DNA from: Naegleria gruberi
Taxonomy: Eukaryota
Length of the DNA: 64,000 nt
Strand: one strand, 5' to 3'
Assembly: GCA_000004985.1 (NCBI GenBank)
Contig: GG738852.1
Both the position numbers and the translations under genes were made by a program. Position 1 is the first letter of the stretch. Each line of letters starts with the position of its first letter. The notes below the pieces were generated by a model. That model saw nothing but the letters and a program-made list of their open reading frames with translations. It did no database searches and was not told the origin of the DNA. Of the stretch, positions 10,733 to 21,048 are shown one piece after another.

Positions 10733-13134
10733 ATGACTCTTTCAGATGGTGTGATTGGTCCACTCGGAGATGATGAGGTTAGAGTGATGGATAAAGCTAG
10801 TGATGGTGAATTATTACCAGTGGAAGAGGAGGAGAAAACTAATAACGAGTGTGGAAATGGTAAACATTGGAGTTTGGCACAATTTTTCAATAATCAATTG
10901 ACTATTGATAAACTTCAGACAGATTACATGCTCGAATATTATACTAATTGCCACAAGATTCATTTGGAGAAAAAGCTGCAACGAAAAGGTTTAGAATTTT
11001 CACCAAGTTTTTCCAGAGACGATTTCAACACATTGTTGGACGCTGTTGAAACATTTACAATATCTCAAAGTGATTTTCCAAGAGATCCATCTGAAGAGGA
11101 TCCACTTTGTATTGGAGAGGAGGGATGGCATATATTGTGTCATTGGATGCAACCTCTTTTTAAAAAACAGGGAAAGAATGCATCTTCACTTGAAGTGGAG
11201 CCACAATGTGAAATATGCCAAAAACATGAGAATATTAGGCAAGCTTTTGAGAAATTTAACAATACGAGAGTTCAATTATTTGAAGGAACTTGTCATACTC
11301 CACTGAGTGTATTTGAAAAGTTTGTTGATTTGTGGAATCAACAAAAATATTTACAATATTCTCGATTTGAATTGAGTGATCATGGATGTGCCAATATATT
11401 TGCAAGTGGACTATTGAATTGTACACTTACTCATTTTGTTTTTGTAAGTATAATGAGATTTTTTAAAAATCAAACAAATTCATGAAGGGAAGAGATTCAC
11501 AAGGTGAAAATCCACAAGATCCTCATCAATGTGTTTGTATACTGAACGCTCTCGAGCATAACACATCAATTGTTTCAATTGATTTAACTGATCTAATCAT
11601 TGTTCATGACTCTGTTGCAAAAGCAATTGCTAGCATGCTTAGAAATAAGAAGAGTCTCAAAAGATTGGTCATTTCAAAATTGAGTTTATCCAAGACAATT
11701 TACAACACCAGTATTATTGATGCTATAGTAGATTCATCAATAACCCAAATAGAGATTTACACCTATGATGGTAAATTGAATAGCAATTTCAGATTTTTAG
11801 AAAATTCGAGTAGAAATGATTTGAAAAAGTTGGCATCCAAACCATTCACCAGTTTTATGTTTATCAGTTATAATTTTACTTTCCCAATTGATTATTGCTA
11901 TTTATTTGCGGAAATGCTAAACAACAAATCCATAGATTATTTGCATTATAGTATTGACGATATTGATGGAGTTGTCAGATCTGAAGATGATCCAGTTAAT
12001 GAATATCAGCAATTTATTGACAATCTCTATAGTGTCATTGAGAAAACTGAAGAATTTTATTTCAAAGGTCATTATCTACTCAATTCCACTCCTAAACAGG
12101 AGCATCATATTGTTAAACATGGAAAGCGAATAACATCCTATTCACCCTATTTGAAATTCCTACAAGTAGCCACAAATTCAGAAGAAGATGTGAAACTTTC
12201 CCAAATAGGATTTTTACGTGTAAAATATTTTATCAATGTTGGATTCCCTCGAATAATTCCATTCTTTAGTAGGGTCGTAAAGACTACACTCAAATTGAGT
12301 AAAATGAACGATGAGCGGATGCAAATATTTTCAAAGGCAATTTTGAGTGCTCCACTCTTGGAAAAGCTAATTCTGATTAGAGTTGATAAATTAGGTGTGG
12401 AAACCCCATTCTCACAATATTTCAAAGTTCAAAACAATAGCAAGTTGAGAAAGATAATTTTCTCAGGAACAAACAATAATACTCTTATGGATGCATTCTC
12501 CACATTTTTGGATTTGAATTATTTCCCTCACCTTACTGCTTTTTATGTACGAGGAAAAGAAGGAGAGATAAGCTTTGAGGCTATTGAAGTATTGATTAAT
12601 TCGATACAGAGACAAGACCCATTCTATCCTAAAGGTTTAAGAAAGTTAGAACTTTTGGAGGGATCCATTAAAGACGCTCAAAGCACAGAATATATACTGA
12701 AATCCCTTACTAGCAATAGACTTTTAGAAACATTGGGTATAACCAAAGCACCTCTCGAAAATATAGATATATTTGTAGATTTCATCATTAATAACAAGTC
12801 AGTGACCGAACTCAAACTTAATTACTCAGATTGTGTCACCATACCTGCGGATTTAATGTGTACAGAAGAACAGGTTACACCTCTATTTTTGAAAGTTTTT
12901 GGAGCTTTTCAAATCAATTGGACCCTACTTGCAATAGATTGGTACGTTGAATACTATTGGAATACCTTTGAGTTTGGTACAGTGAATTATGTTGGAGAGC
13001 GTTTCCTTGTAGAAAGAATAATGAGTAGAAATAAGGCTCAAAAACATATCAACTCTCTCATGCAACCAATCCTTACACAAGTTGACAAGTTTAATCAATT
13101 GTCTGATATTACTTTAATTTGCAACAACCAATAA
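10733..13134 (+). CDS. Leucine-rich-repeat (ribonuclease-inhibitor-like) protein. Two exons: 10733..11443 and 11488..13134. Intron 11444..11487 (44 nt, GTAAGT..GAAG).
   Basis: ORFs 10733..11485 and 11482..13134 overlap by ATGA in different frames. A GTAAGTAT donor at 11444 and an AG at 11486-87 join them in phase 0. The downstream part carries RNI-type LRRs (SIVSIDLTDL..AKAIASML..KSLKRLVIS...). The N-terminal 237 aa is Cys/His-containing and of unknown function. Confidence 0.5.
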
Positions 13135-13248
13135 ACAATGTGTGTTTACAAATTTTAATCAATAATAAAAAATGAATCCACATATTCGTAGGCAGTCCAT
13201 CGAGTTGTAGGTATTTTCCGAAATCACCAATAAGTAAACTCTACTCAT

Positions 13249-13557
13249 TTGGATTTACAATTTTTTGTGACAATAAATAGATACAAAAGATTTATTACTA
13301 TTTTACCACTGTATCCAGGAGAGCAAAGTGTTTCTCTTCTCAAGGAAAGAGTAAAACGAGCATTTAAAGCCAATATTGGAAAAAGTGATTCGGAAATTGA
13401 ACAAGCATTGGCTAGAGGAAATTATGTTTACAAAGAGGTGGAGGCACTAATTCAATTGAAAAAGTATAGAACATTGGATAAAAGATATTCTAGTCACAGG
13501 CAGGAAATGTCTGCTGAACTCTTACAATATTTACAATCAAATGAAAATATCAATTGA
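13249..13557 (+). CDS. Possible small LYR-motif-like (Complex1_LYR-like) protein; the 5' end may be supplied by an unresolved micro-exon.
   Basis: A 102-aa ORF fills the spacer between two genes. Its central segment VKRAFKANIGKSDSEIEQALARGNYVYKEVEALIQLKKY resembles the conserved core of LYRM proteins (the RxAF+xN and helical LL..A...L..L pattern). The N-terminal LYR tripeptide is not intact in the ORF as given. Confidence 0.3.
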   Translation: MDLQFFVTINRYKRFITILPLYPGEQSVSLLKERVKRAFKANIGKSDSEIEQALARGNYVYKEVEALIQLKKYRTLDKRYSSHRQEMSAELLQYLQSNENIN

Positions 13558-13559
13558 AC

Positions 13560-14844
13560 CTAATGTTCATAATCCTGAACTTCTAACCATGCAATTCTTG
13601 CTTCAACAAGGTGTCTACCTTTGTATTCAACAAGAGTTTGGAGTTCCTTTCCACCAATCTTCATTAGCAAAATGTTATCCTCCTTTTGAGTCCAAATATT
13701 TCTCTTATCATCCTCTGACAAGATTACATTATCATCTAATAAACGAGCAGCCAGTTTGGCATTACCACTACAAGCATAGAGTGAATGAGTGACATATTCG
13801 GTTGGCTTAGAAGAAATATATTTAAGGTCTGTAACTAATTTTTGAGCTTTTGTAGTTTCTTCATCATCTGGTGTAGCTGATGAAGAGCCTTCATTGCCTG
13901 GTGTTGATTTCTTAGGTGTTGATGACTTTTTTGGTGTCGAACCTTTCTTAGGGGTGGCAGCTTTTGGTGGTTCAGGTTCTTCGATTCTCTCCAATTCTCC
14001 TAGTTGTTTTGATCTCCTTTTTGATTCTGCTTCCTCCACTTCCTTGGCAATCTTTTCTTTCAATTCAAAGATAAAATCTTGGTATGGTCTAAAGAAGTCA
14101 TTATCCTCCTCGTCATGATCCTCAATATCTTTTGGTGTAAATTCAAATTTAGCAGTTCTGTAGAAACGTCTACTGATTCCAGAACTTTGTCCTTGTCTTT
14201 CCTGTAAAATATTTGACAACATTGTAAATACTGCCTTGTCGACTACTGATGGAATTTGGCCATCGTAAATATCATTCACAAGACGGAAAATTCTTCGATC
14301 CTCCTCTTCAGTGAAATTTTTGGCTCTCTTTCTATCACTTGGTGGTGTTACAATCCTCTCCGAAGTTTCATCACCTTCTCTTGATGGAATTCTGTAGGAA
14401 GATGGAGTTGAAATGTAGGTTTTTTTCTTCTTTGGAGTGCCTTGATTATCATCTGCAGAATCTTCTTCTTCTTCTTCCATCATCGTCAATCTGTTGTTTT
14501 GCTGTACGTGGTCTCTTGAGATATTCTCTTGCTTCTTCATCCTCAGAGTCCGGAACGATTTGTTGATCATCATCAGCAGCTTGTGTTTGTAATGTTGTTT
14601 CTGTACGTGGTGATTTCTTTGGTGTATTACTATTCTTACTTGGAGTATTGTTGCTCTTGCTTGGTGTGTTACTTTTCGAAGAAGAAACAACAGGTTGTGA
14701 GTCGACAGGACTCATTTCCTCTTCCAATCGGTCATTTTTATCCCTTTGAAATAATGGTTGACTAAGCTCTGGTGTACTGCCGTTACTGCTAGCAGTAGCA
14801 CGTGATGGTGAAGATGGTCTTTTTGGTTTCCTTCCTCTAGGCAT
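13560..14844 (-). CDS. Myb/SANT-like DNA-binding protein with a basic AT-hook-like N-terminus (MPRGRKPKRPS), S/T/P/K-rich linker, and one Myb-like repeat in the middle plus one near the C-terminus. The reading frame shifts by +1 inside a (GAA)5/(TCT)5 tract near 14461..14477.
   Basis: ORFs 14449..14844 and 13560..14690 are collinear and overlapping on the minus strand, with the same composition. The Myb-like segments are FTEEEDRRIFRLVNDIYDG... and NIWTQKEDNILLMKIGGKELQTLVEYKGRHLVEARIAWL. No plausible GT..AG intron bridges the frames. Confidence 0.5.
14461..14477. repeat. (TCT)5/(GAA)5 trinucleotide microsatellite inside the Myb-like gene, at the site of the apparent frameshift.
   Basis: Sequence tcttcttcttcttcttc at 14461..14477, read directly. 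Confidence 0.8.
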
Positions 14845-15050
14845 TTTTTTTAATTTTATTTTTGGAGGGAAAATCTTATCACTATCATTTCCATGGATTC
14901 ATCAAACCACCAAACTCTACATTGCCCATAAGAGTATTAATAAAATAGACCATTCATAAACCAGTTACAATATTGGGTATTATATTTATTTTGTTTACAG
15001 TTATTAATTTTACTTGTATTGCTTTTTATTTATATTTAATAATTAAAAAA

Positions 15051-17318
15051 ATGCCAACCTACTTTCTATTTATTACGGCTGTGCAGGCGTCATCGTCCTT
15101 GTGGCTTCAGAATACTTCGGACACATTGAAGAGTTGTAGGTTTTAATAGTTTTTATTCATGTGATTAAAATACAAAAATTTATTCTTGTTTGACAATATT
15201 GGATCGGATCTAGATGCAAATAAAATTGCTCACAAAATTCAACAAAATCACAAATTGGAGGAAATTGGAGTTGTTTCATATTGTCAAGATCTTGTGGAGG
15301 AATGTTATCCTTCTAAGGATACTAATGAAATTTGTACAAAAATTGAAGAATTAACATTTAGGAATTTTGATTATTCTCCAGATATCATGTCTGGATTAGT
15401 ATCATGTTTTAAAAAGATTGAAGAAACTCAAGGAATGCACACTCATATACAAATTATAATATTTACCGATTATAATGAATTGAATGAAATGTTCTTCAAA
15501 ATCAGACCACCATTCCCTGTAAAATTACATGTATTTTCTATGGCCAAATCACACCACGTTTTGAAACATATTCCTATAACAAGTACAATTGAATCAAGCA
15601 CTGCAACACCATCAGAATCAACAAAGTCATCAGATATTTCTACTAATACCAATAACTTGAAACAATTGACCAAACTTTATACAGGTCATTGTTATTTCTT
15701 GATACCTACCACTAAGAATAATATTGACGAATCAATATTGAGTGAATTTATCAAGAAGTGTTATGACAAGTATAGTGGATATTTGGTGTTTGGTCACTTG
15801 GTTTCACCAATTGAATTGCATCCTGATCCAAACCTTGTCATGTGGCTTTTGGATAGACAACATGATGGAATCCATCCAAGTGCCTCCATGTTGGAATCTT
15901 CTTCATGTTCTGCCAATGAAAGACAATGCCATGTACCACCAATTTTGAATATTGTAGGATTTATTCCAGGTACTGAATTGTCCTCACCAAAATGTATATC
16001 AAAACATACCATTCTTCCTCTCAATGCTGATGACAATGAAGTACCTTATGGTGTCAGAATGTCCAGAAGAGATAAGGAAATTCAATTTGGCAAGTTTAAA
16101 AAAATTGTCAAGGCAGATGCATGCAAGGCTGATGAAGCACCAGCCAGTTTTTACCAACTTTTACACATGACACTTTCAAAATCTAGATCTTTGGATATTC
16201 CACCACCACCTGTAAATAGTGAAATCGAAGAGACTCAAAATCAAAATGAAGCAAAGAGAATTTGTGCCATTGTAAGTCTAGGAGGAATCCCAGAGAGATT
16301 TGCCTATGTGACAGCATGTAATGATGGCGAATTGTCCTCTCTTGTCTTGGGTATTTTCAATGAGGAGCTTGAGTTTTCTGTCAGTGAAGAGTATTGTAGA
16401 AATATTCCAAAAACTCAACTAGCTCACAACAATTTGGCCTATCCTTGGTTAGAGACCGGTGTCGGTCAAATGGTAGAAGAAATGTCAATAGCCAATGCAA
16501 AAGATATAGAAAAGACTGGTGAGCAATTTGATCTCTTTTCCAAGTGTACAAATTTAAAAACCTACAATTATGATCTCAAGCAAACCAAGAATGTAATTGT
16601 ACCTTTCCAAAAAGTTGAAACATTATCAAATGATTTTGGTAAAATCATTAGAAATATCAAGAACCTTCCAAAGAAGACTGATTTGGTCACTAACGAATGC
16701 GAAAAACTGAGATATATCTCCCAAGTCTTTCACAATAGCTCCATTATTGATACTCTCAAGCAATTGTTGGAAGAATCAATTGAGAAGAATAAGGAGAAGG
16801 TAAAGACTGAACAATCCACAGAAGCACAAGAACAATTACTCAGATCGAATAGAATTTTGAGAATTATCATTGAGCAATTAGAAAAGAATCCAAAAGCCAA
16901 ATTGAAACCACCAAAAGGAGAACACTTGTTCGAATCAGTGAGTCAAGAGCTTGCCACTATTAAGCATCAACACTATGAACAAATGCAACACCAAGTTCAT
17001 CCTCAACAGCAAATGCCAATACATACTGCCCACCATGTTGTTCCTCAACACCATTATATGGTACCAATGCCAGCAGATTCATCCCCACACGTCATGCCAC
17101 AATATCCATACGCAGCTCAACCATTGCCTTACGAATCAGGTTACCCACTCCCAATCCAACAAGCACCTCAAGTACCTTATCCTTATCATTCACACGCTCA
17201 TCCTCCACCAACAGCTCACTATGCTCAGTACGATCAACACTACATGGGTCAAGCCAATCAAATACCAATGGATCCTCATCAACAACATGCACCGCCTCAC
17301 AAGAAGCAAAAACAATAA
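15051..17318 (+). CDS. Integrator complex subunit 14-like (VWA9/INTS14 family) protein with a C-terminal Q/H/P/Y-rich low-complexity tail. Model: exon 1 is 15051..15135 (MPTYFLFITAVQASSSLWLQNTSDTLKS), intron 15136..15213 (GTAGGT..TCTAG), exon 2 is 15214..17318.
   Basis: Ours NIVGFIPGTELSSPKCISKHTILPL matches human INTS14 LEIVGFIDIADISSPPVLSRHLVLPI. Ours PFPVKLHVFSMAK matches PFPSKLYIMCMAN, and KNLPKKTDLVTNECEKLR matches RKLPEKTQTFYKELNRLR. The upstream micro-exon begins MPT plus a hydrophobic run plus S.S, like human MPTVVVMDVSLSM. Donor and acceptor phases are compatible (1+2). Confidence 0.58.
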
Positions 17319-17488
17319 AGTTTATTTTCAAGTTTTGTGTGAATAAATTCTTGTTTGAGATCTTTTTTGTAACTGGCTCCATCTTTCAAAAATCATCCAA
17401 CATATTACATGTAAAAGGGATGCTTGGCAACTTAATGAGAGAATCAGTATTTTGTGAGTGATTGCTACAAAATTTCAATTTGAAAAAA

Positions 17489-19270
17489 TTAGTTTTCATA
17501 GAATGGAAACATGTTCTGATTGCTTTGGTCTTGATTAGTTTCTTGTCCATTAAATAAAAAATCTTCTAGAGACGAATTGAAAAACAAGTAATTGTCTTCG
17601 GAGAAATTACCAGCAGCAAAGGAGGAAAATGATGCAGAACTAGTGAGCCCAGATGAACCTTGAGGAACAACATTGTGATTCATTGTGGAGGCTGTCATGT
17701 TTGAATCTTGGGGAGGTTGTGAAGGTGGTTGTTTTTGTCTCATAAATTCTGACATGAGTTGGTTTTGAATCTGGAATGGAACATCCAACTGTCCATACTT
17801 TAGGGCTTGCTCATAGAGTGGTAAAAGTTGACCAAAAGGATTATCGCTACCAATGGCATTCACCAATTGATGATTATTTCGTTGTCTTTCTAATATTGTA
17901 CCGAGGATATCTTGAAGTTTGTCCTCTTCCTTCTTCTTTGATGACATGACCTTGTTGGTGATAACAAAATTACCAGTCAGTGAGGATGAGGATGAAGGAT
18001 TTGGCATTCCATTATTTCCCATCATTAAATTATTTTGATAATAGCCATTCATAGCTATTCCATTCATATACCCTCCATTATTATTGCTAGGTGATTGATT
18101 ATTTGATGATGAATTATTTGATGACGATGAAGAGTTTGTACTATTGGGCGTTTGCAAACTTGATCCCAAATGTTGCCCCGATAAAGATGTATTTGTTGAT
18201 GATGAAACACCACCAAGCATTAGACCATTCTGTCCACCACCACCAACACTACCATTATTACCCACCACCATATGAAGTTGATGATGTAACTGTTGTTGTT
18301 GTTGTTGAGCAACGGAGGAGGGAACTTGTTTCATTTTTTCACTCTCTGTTACGAGTAATTGTCTGAGGAGGTAGAGTTGTTCCAATTCTTTTGGAGTGAG
18401 AGAAGTATTCGAGTTGCTATTGGTGGAGGTGGTAGTATTGGAGGAGGTTTGGGAGATTGGTGTTGTTGTTGGTGTTGTATTGTTGTTGCAGCTGCTGCTA
18501 TTATTGTTAGAGGAGTTATTGTTGTTATTATTATTGGAGGAGGTTGGTTGAAAGTGAACAGAGCAATTGGCACCATTGTTATTATTGTTCTGGGGTGAGA
18601 GTGTATTGAGGAGGGAAGTAAAGAGCATGGAGGAGGGAACTTGATTAGGTTGTTGTTGGAGAGACATTTGTATGAGTTGATTAATCATTTGTTGATTATT
18701 ATTAGTATTGGAACCACCACTATTAGCACTGATTGGTGTCAAATTGGAGGATGAATTGTTATTGTTGTTGGGTGTTGTTGTGGTACTCATTTGTTGATTA
18801 TTATGATTCGGAGGAGAGGATGAATTGTTGTTGGCAGCTCCCATGAGCATCTTCATCATGGTTTGTTGTTGTTGGGGAGTCAAATTAATATTATTATTAG
18901 TAGAGGAGGAATTGGATGAGCCTGTTGAGGAGACTGGTGATTGTTGCTGCTGTTGATTCACTACATGGGAAAGAGCCTGTTGAATCCAATGATTGGGTTG
19001 TTGATGATGATTCGGAGAGTTTGTTGCATTCGATAGTAACATGCTTGTCAATTGTTGCTGTTGGAGTGCACTCAATGTTGGAGGGTTGTTGTTAGCATTG
19101 CTCGGAGAAGAGGAGGATATATTGTTGTTATTGTTATTACTCGACAGCATTGAATTATTATTGGGAGTAGTATTACTTCCTGATTGTTGTTGTTGTTGTT
19201 GTTGATTCATCATTAATTGAATCATGGATCCTAGCAATTGTAAGGATGGATTGTTATTATTATTGTTCAT
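17489..19270 (-). CDS. Asn/Gln/Ser-rich low-complexity (prion-like composition) nuclear protein of unknown function, 593 aa. A short structured region sits near the C-terminus (LERQRNNHQLVNAIGSDNPFGQLLPLYEQALKYGQLDVPF).
   Basis: Long ORF with poly-N, poly-Q and poly-S tracts encoded by AAT/AAC/CAA/TTG-type repeats. The ATG at 19270 is preceded by an AT-rich spacer. Confidence 0.5.
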   Translation of the reverse strand: MNNNNNNPSLQLLGSMIQLMMNQQQQQQQSGSNTTPNNNSMLSSNNNNNNISSSSPSNANNNPPTLSALQQQQLTSMLLSNATNSPNHHQQPNHWIQQALSHVVNQQQQQSPVSSTGSSNSSSTNNNINLTPQQQQTMMKMLMGAANNNSSSPPNHNNQQMSTTTTPNNNNNSSSNLTPISANSGGSNTNNNQQMINQLIQMSLQQQPNQVPSSMLFTSLLNTLSPQNNNNNGANCSVHFQPTSSNNNNNNNSSNNNSSSCNNNTTPTTTPISQTSSNTTTSTNSNSNTSLTPKELEQLYLLRQLLVTESEKMKQVPSSVAQQQQQQLHHQLHMVVGNNGSVGGGGQNGLMLGGVSSSTNTSLSGQHLGSSLQTPNSTNSSSSSNNSSSNNQSPSNNNGGYMNGIAMNGYYQNNLMMGNNGMPNPSSSSSLTGNFVITNKVMSSKKKEEDKLQDILGTILERQRNNHQLVNAIGSDNPFGQLLPLYEQALKYGQLDVPFQIQNQLMSEFMRQKQPPSQPPQDSNMTASTMNHNVVPQGSSGLTSSASFSSFAAGNFSEDNYLFFNSSLEDFLFNGQETNQDQSNQNMFPFYEN

Positions 19271-20228
19271 CTCTTTTCTACAGAAAACTTGTTAAGAAGA
19301 AGGAGGATGAAAATGTAAATACTGATATTAATGTAATGGACAATTGATGATATCTTGTCTCTCTCAAAATTACGAAAAATGTGTTGACTGATTCTTTTTA
19401 CTTTGGGATATTCTGCCCAATTATGCAATATCTTTGACAATTGACGTTTATGCAAGACAATTCACAGTAATAAATAAACCTATTTTCCACAATCTTGCTC
19501 TATTACTCCTCTATTGATTCTTATGTGTTTTGAGGCAATCGAAGAAATGAATGAACAAGCAAATAAGAGGGCAATGAAGTGTTGTGTTTTTTTTGTTCTC
19601 CGTAGTTGCGTGGGATTCTCAAACATTTGGATCATACGTTGCATGCAACTTGTTTAACAAGTTCTGAAAAATTCAGATTTTCATATGTGGAAGGATGAGC
19701 TGTCTAAGACATGTATGGAGTGATCTTTTTATTGTGATAAGGAAGGAAGATGATGACGTTGTTTCAAATTGAAACATTCATTGTAAAATCAAATAACAAA
19801 GAAGAAATGTATTGCAAAGAAGGATAATTATGATGAACTAGCTCTTTTAAAGATGTGAAAATACACCAAACACAAGAGTTGGCAGATAGCAATTAGAGCT
19901 TACTAAAATTGTCACACCGAATTGTAACAACCCGTTTCAACGAAAATTTCACTAATCGAATTTTCCAATCAAATATTAACAATTAGTCCTCAAACTCTAC
20001 TAATCCATCTTCTCACATTATTGACCTCAATCATGACAAAACCATACCTTCCACCAGCTGGCATAAAAATCACTATAAAAGGTCATGATCATAAATTAAC
20101 CACAAAATAAACATCCACATCGCTCCACTCGTTTAAACAACACAAAAAAAATTGACAACACAACTATTGCACACAGTATCTGTTTACTGCATTCAACATT
20201 GTTATCATCGATCATCTTTTTTGAAAAT

Positions 20229-20945
20229 ATGATCTTTAGACAACTCTTCTCTGCTGATACATGCACTTATACATTCATTTTGGGATGTGAAGAGACTGGA
20301 CAGGCTGCTCTCATTGATTCAGTCTATGAAGAATTGGCCAGAGATGCCAAATTGGTTAAGGAATTGGGACTCACTGTTACTCATTTACTTGAAACTCATG
20401 TTCATGCTGATCATGTAACTGGTGGTTTGGAGATGAGGAAACAACACTTTCCACAAGCTACTCAAGTATATAGCATTCATTCGGGAGTTAATTTCAGTGA
20501 AGGATTGACTTTGGTCAAGGAGGGAGACGTTATTCAAGTTGGTTCCTCTGTAAAGCTTCGTGTGTTGGAAACTCCTGGACACACCAATGGTTGTCTCACT
20601 TTTTTCACTGAAGATAAGACAAGGGTCTTTACTGGAGATGCCTTATTCATTAGAGGATGTGGAAGATGTGATTTCCAACAAGGAAGTGCCTCCAAATTGT
20701 ACGATTCCATCATGAAGATTTATTCAACCTTACCTGATGAGTGTATTGTCTATCCTGGACATGATTATAAGGGAATGATTTCATCAACTATTGGTGATGA
20801 GAAGAAGAATAATCCGAGAATATTTGCCACTCAAACTCGTGAGGGATTTAGTGAAATTATGAATAATTTGAAATTGCCAAATCCTAAATATATTGATATT
20901 GCCTTACCTGCTAACTTGTTGGGTGGTGTCAAGAAGACTAACTAG
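20229..20945 (+). CDS. ETHE1: Persulfide dioxygenase ETHE1 (metallo-beta-lactamase fold).
   Basis: The region from MIFRQLFSADTCTYTFILG through ETHVHADHVTGG, GHTNGCLTF, FTGDALFIRGCGRCDFQQGSA and YPGHDY is near-collinear with ETHE1, including the HxHxDH metal site. The first ATG is at 20229; the ORF track starts earlier, at a TTG. Confidence 0.88.
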   Translation: MIFRQLFSADTCTYTFILGCEETGQAALIDSVYEELARDAKLVKELGLTVTHLLETHVHADHVTGGLEMRKQHFPQATQVYSIHSGVNFSEGLTLVKEGDVIQVGSSVKLRVLETPGHTNGCLTFFTEDKTRVFTGDALFIRGCGRCDFQQGSASKLYDSIMKIYSTLPDECIVYPGHDYKGMISSTIGDEKKNNPRIFATQTREGFSEIMNNLKLPNPKYIDIALPANLLGGVKKTN

Positions 20946-21048
20946 ATTTGAAAATTTATTCTTTGTATATTTTAGTAAAAAAAGTATTGTAATAACTACA
21001 ACTGTATTAATTGAAAATTTGAAAAGTTATTCTGTGTAATCAATCCGT

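Noticed and set aside
19185-19215. (TTG)n/(CAA)n, (GAT)n and (AAT)n microsatellites at 19186-19212, 50690-50990 and many other sites, considered as non-coding satellite repeats.
   Set aside because: They sit inside maintained reading frames and encode poly-Q, poly-D/E and poly-N tracts. They are coding low-complexity, not intergenic satellites. Only the (TCT)5 at 14461 is reported, because it coincides with a frameshift.
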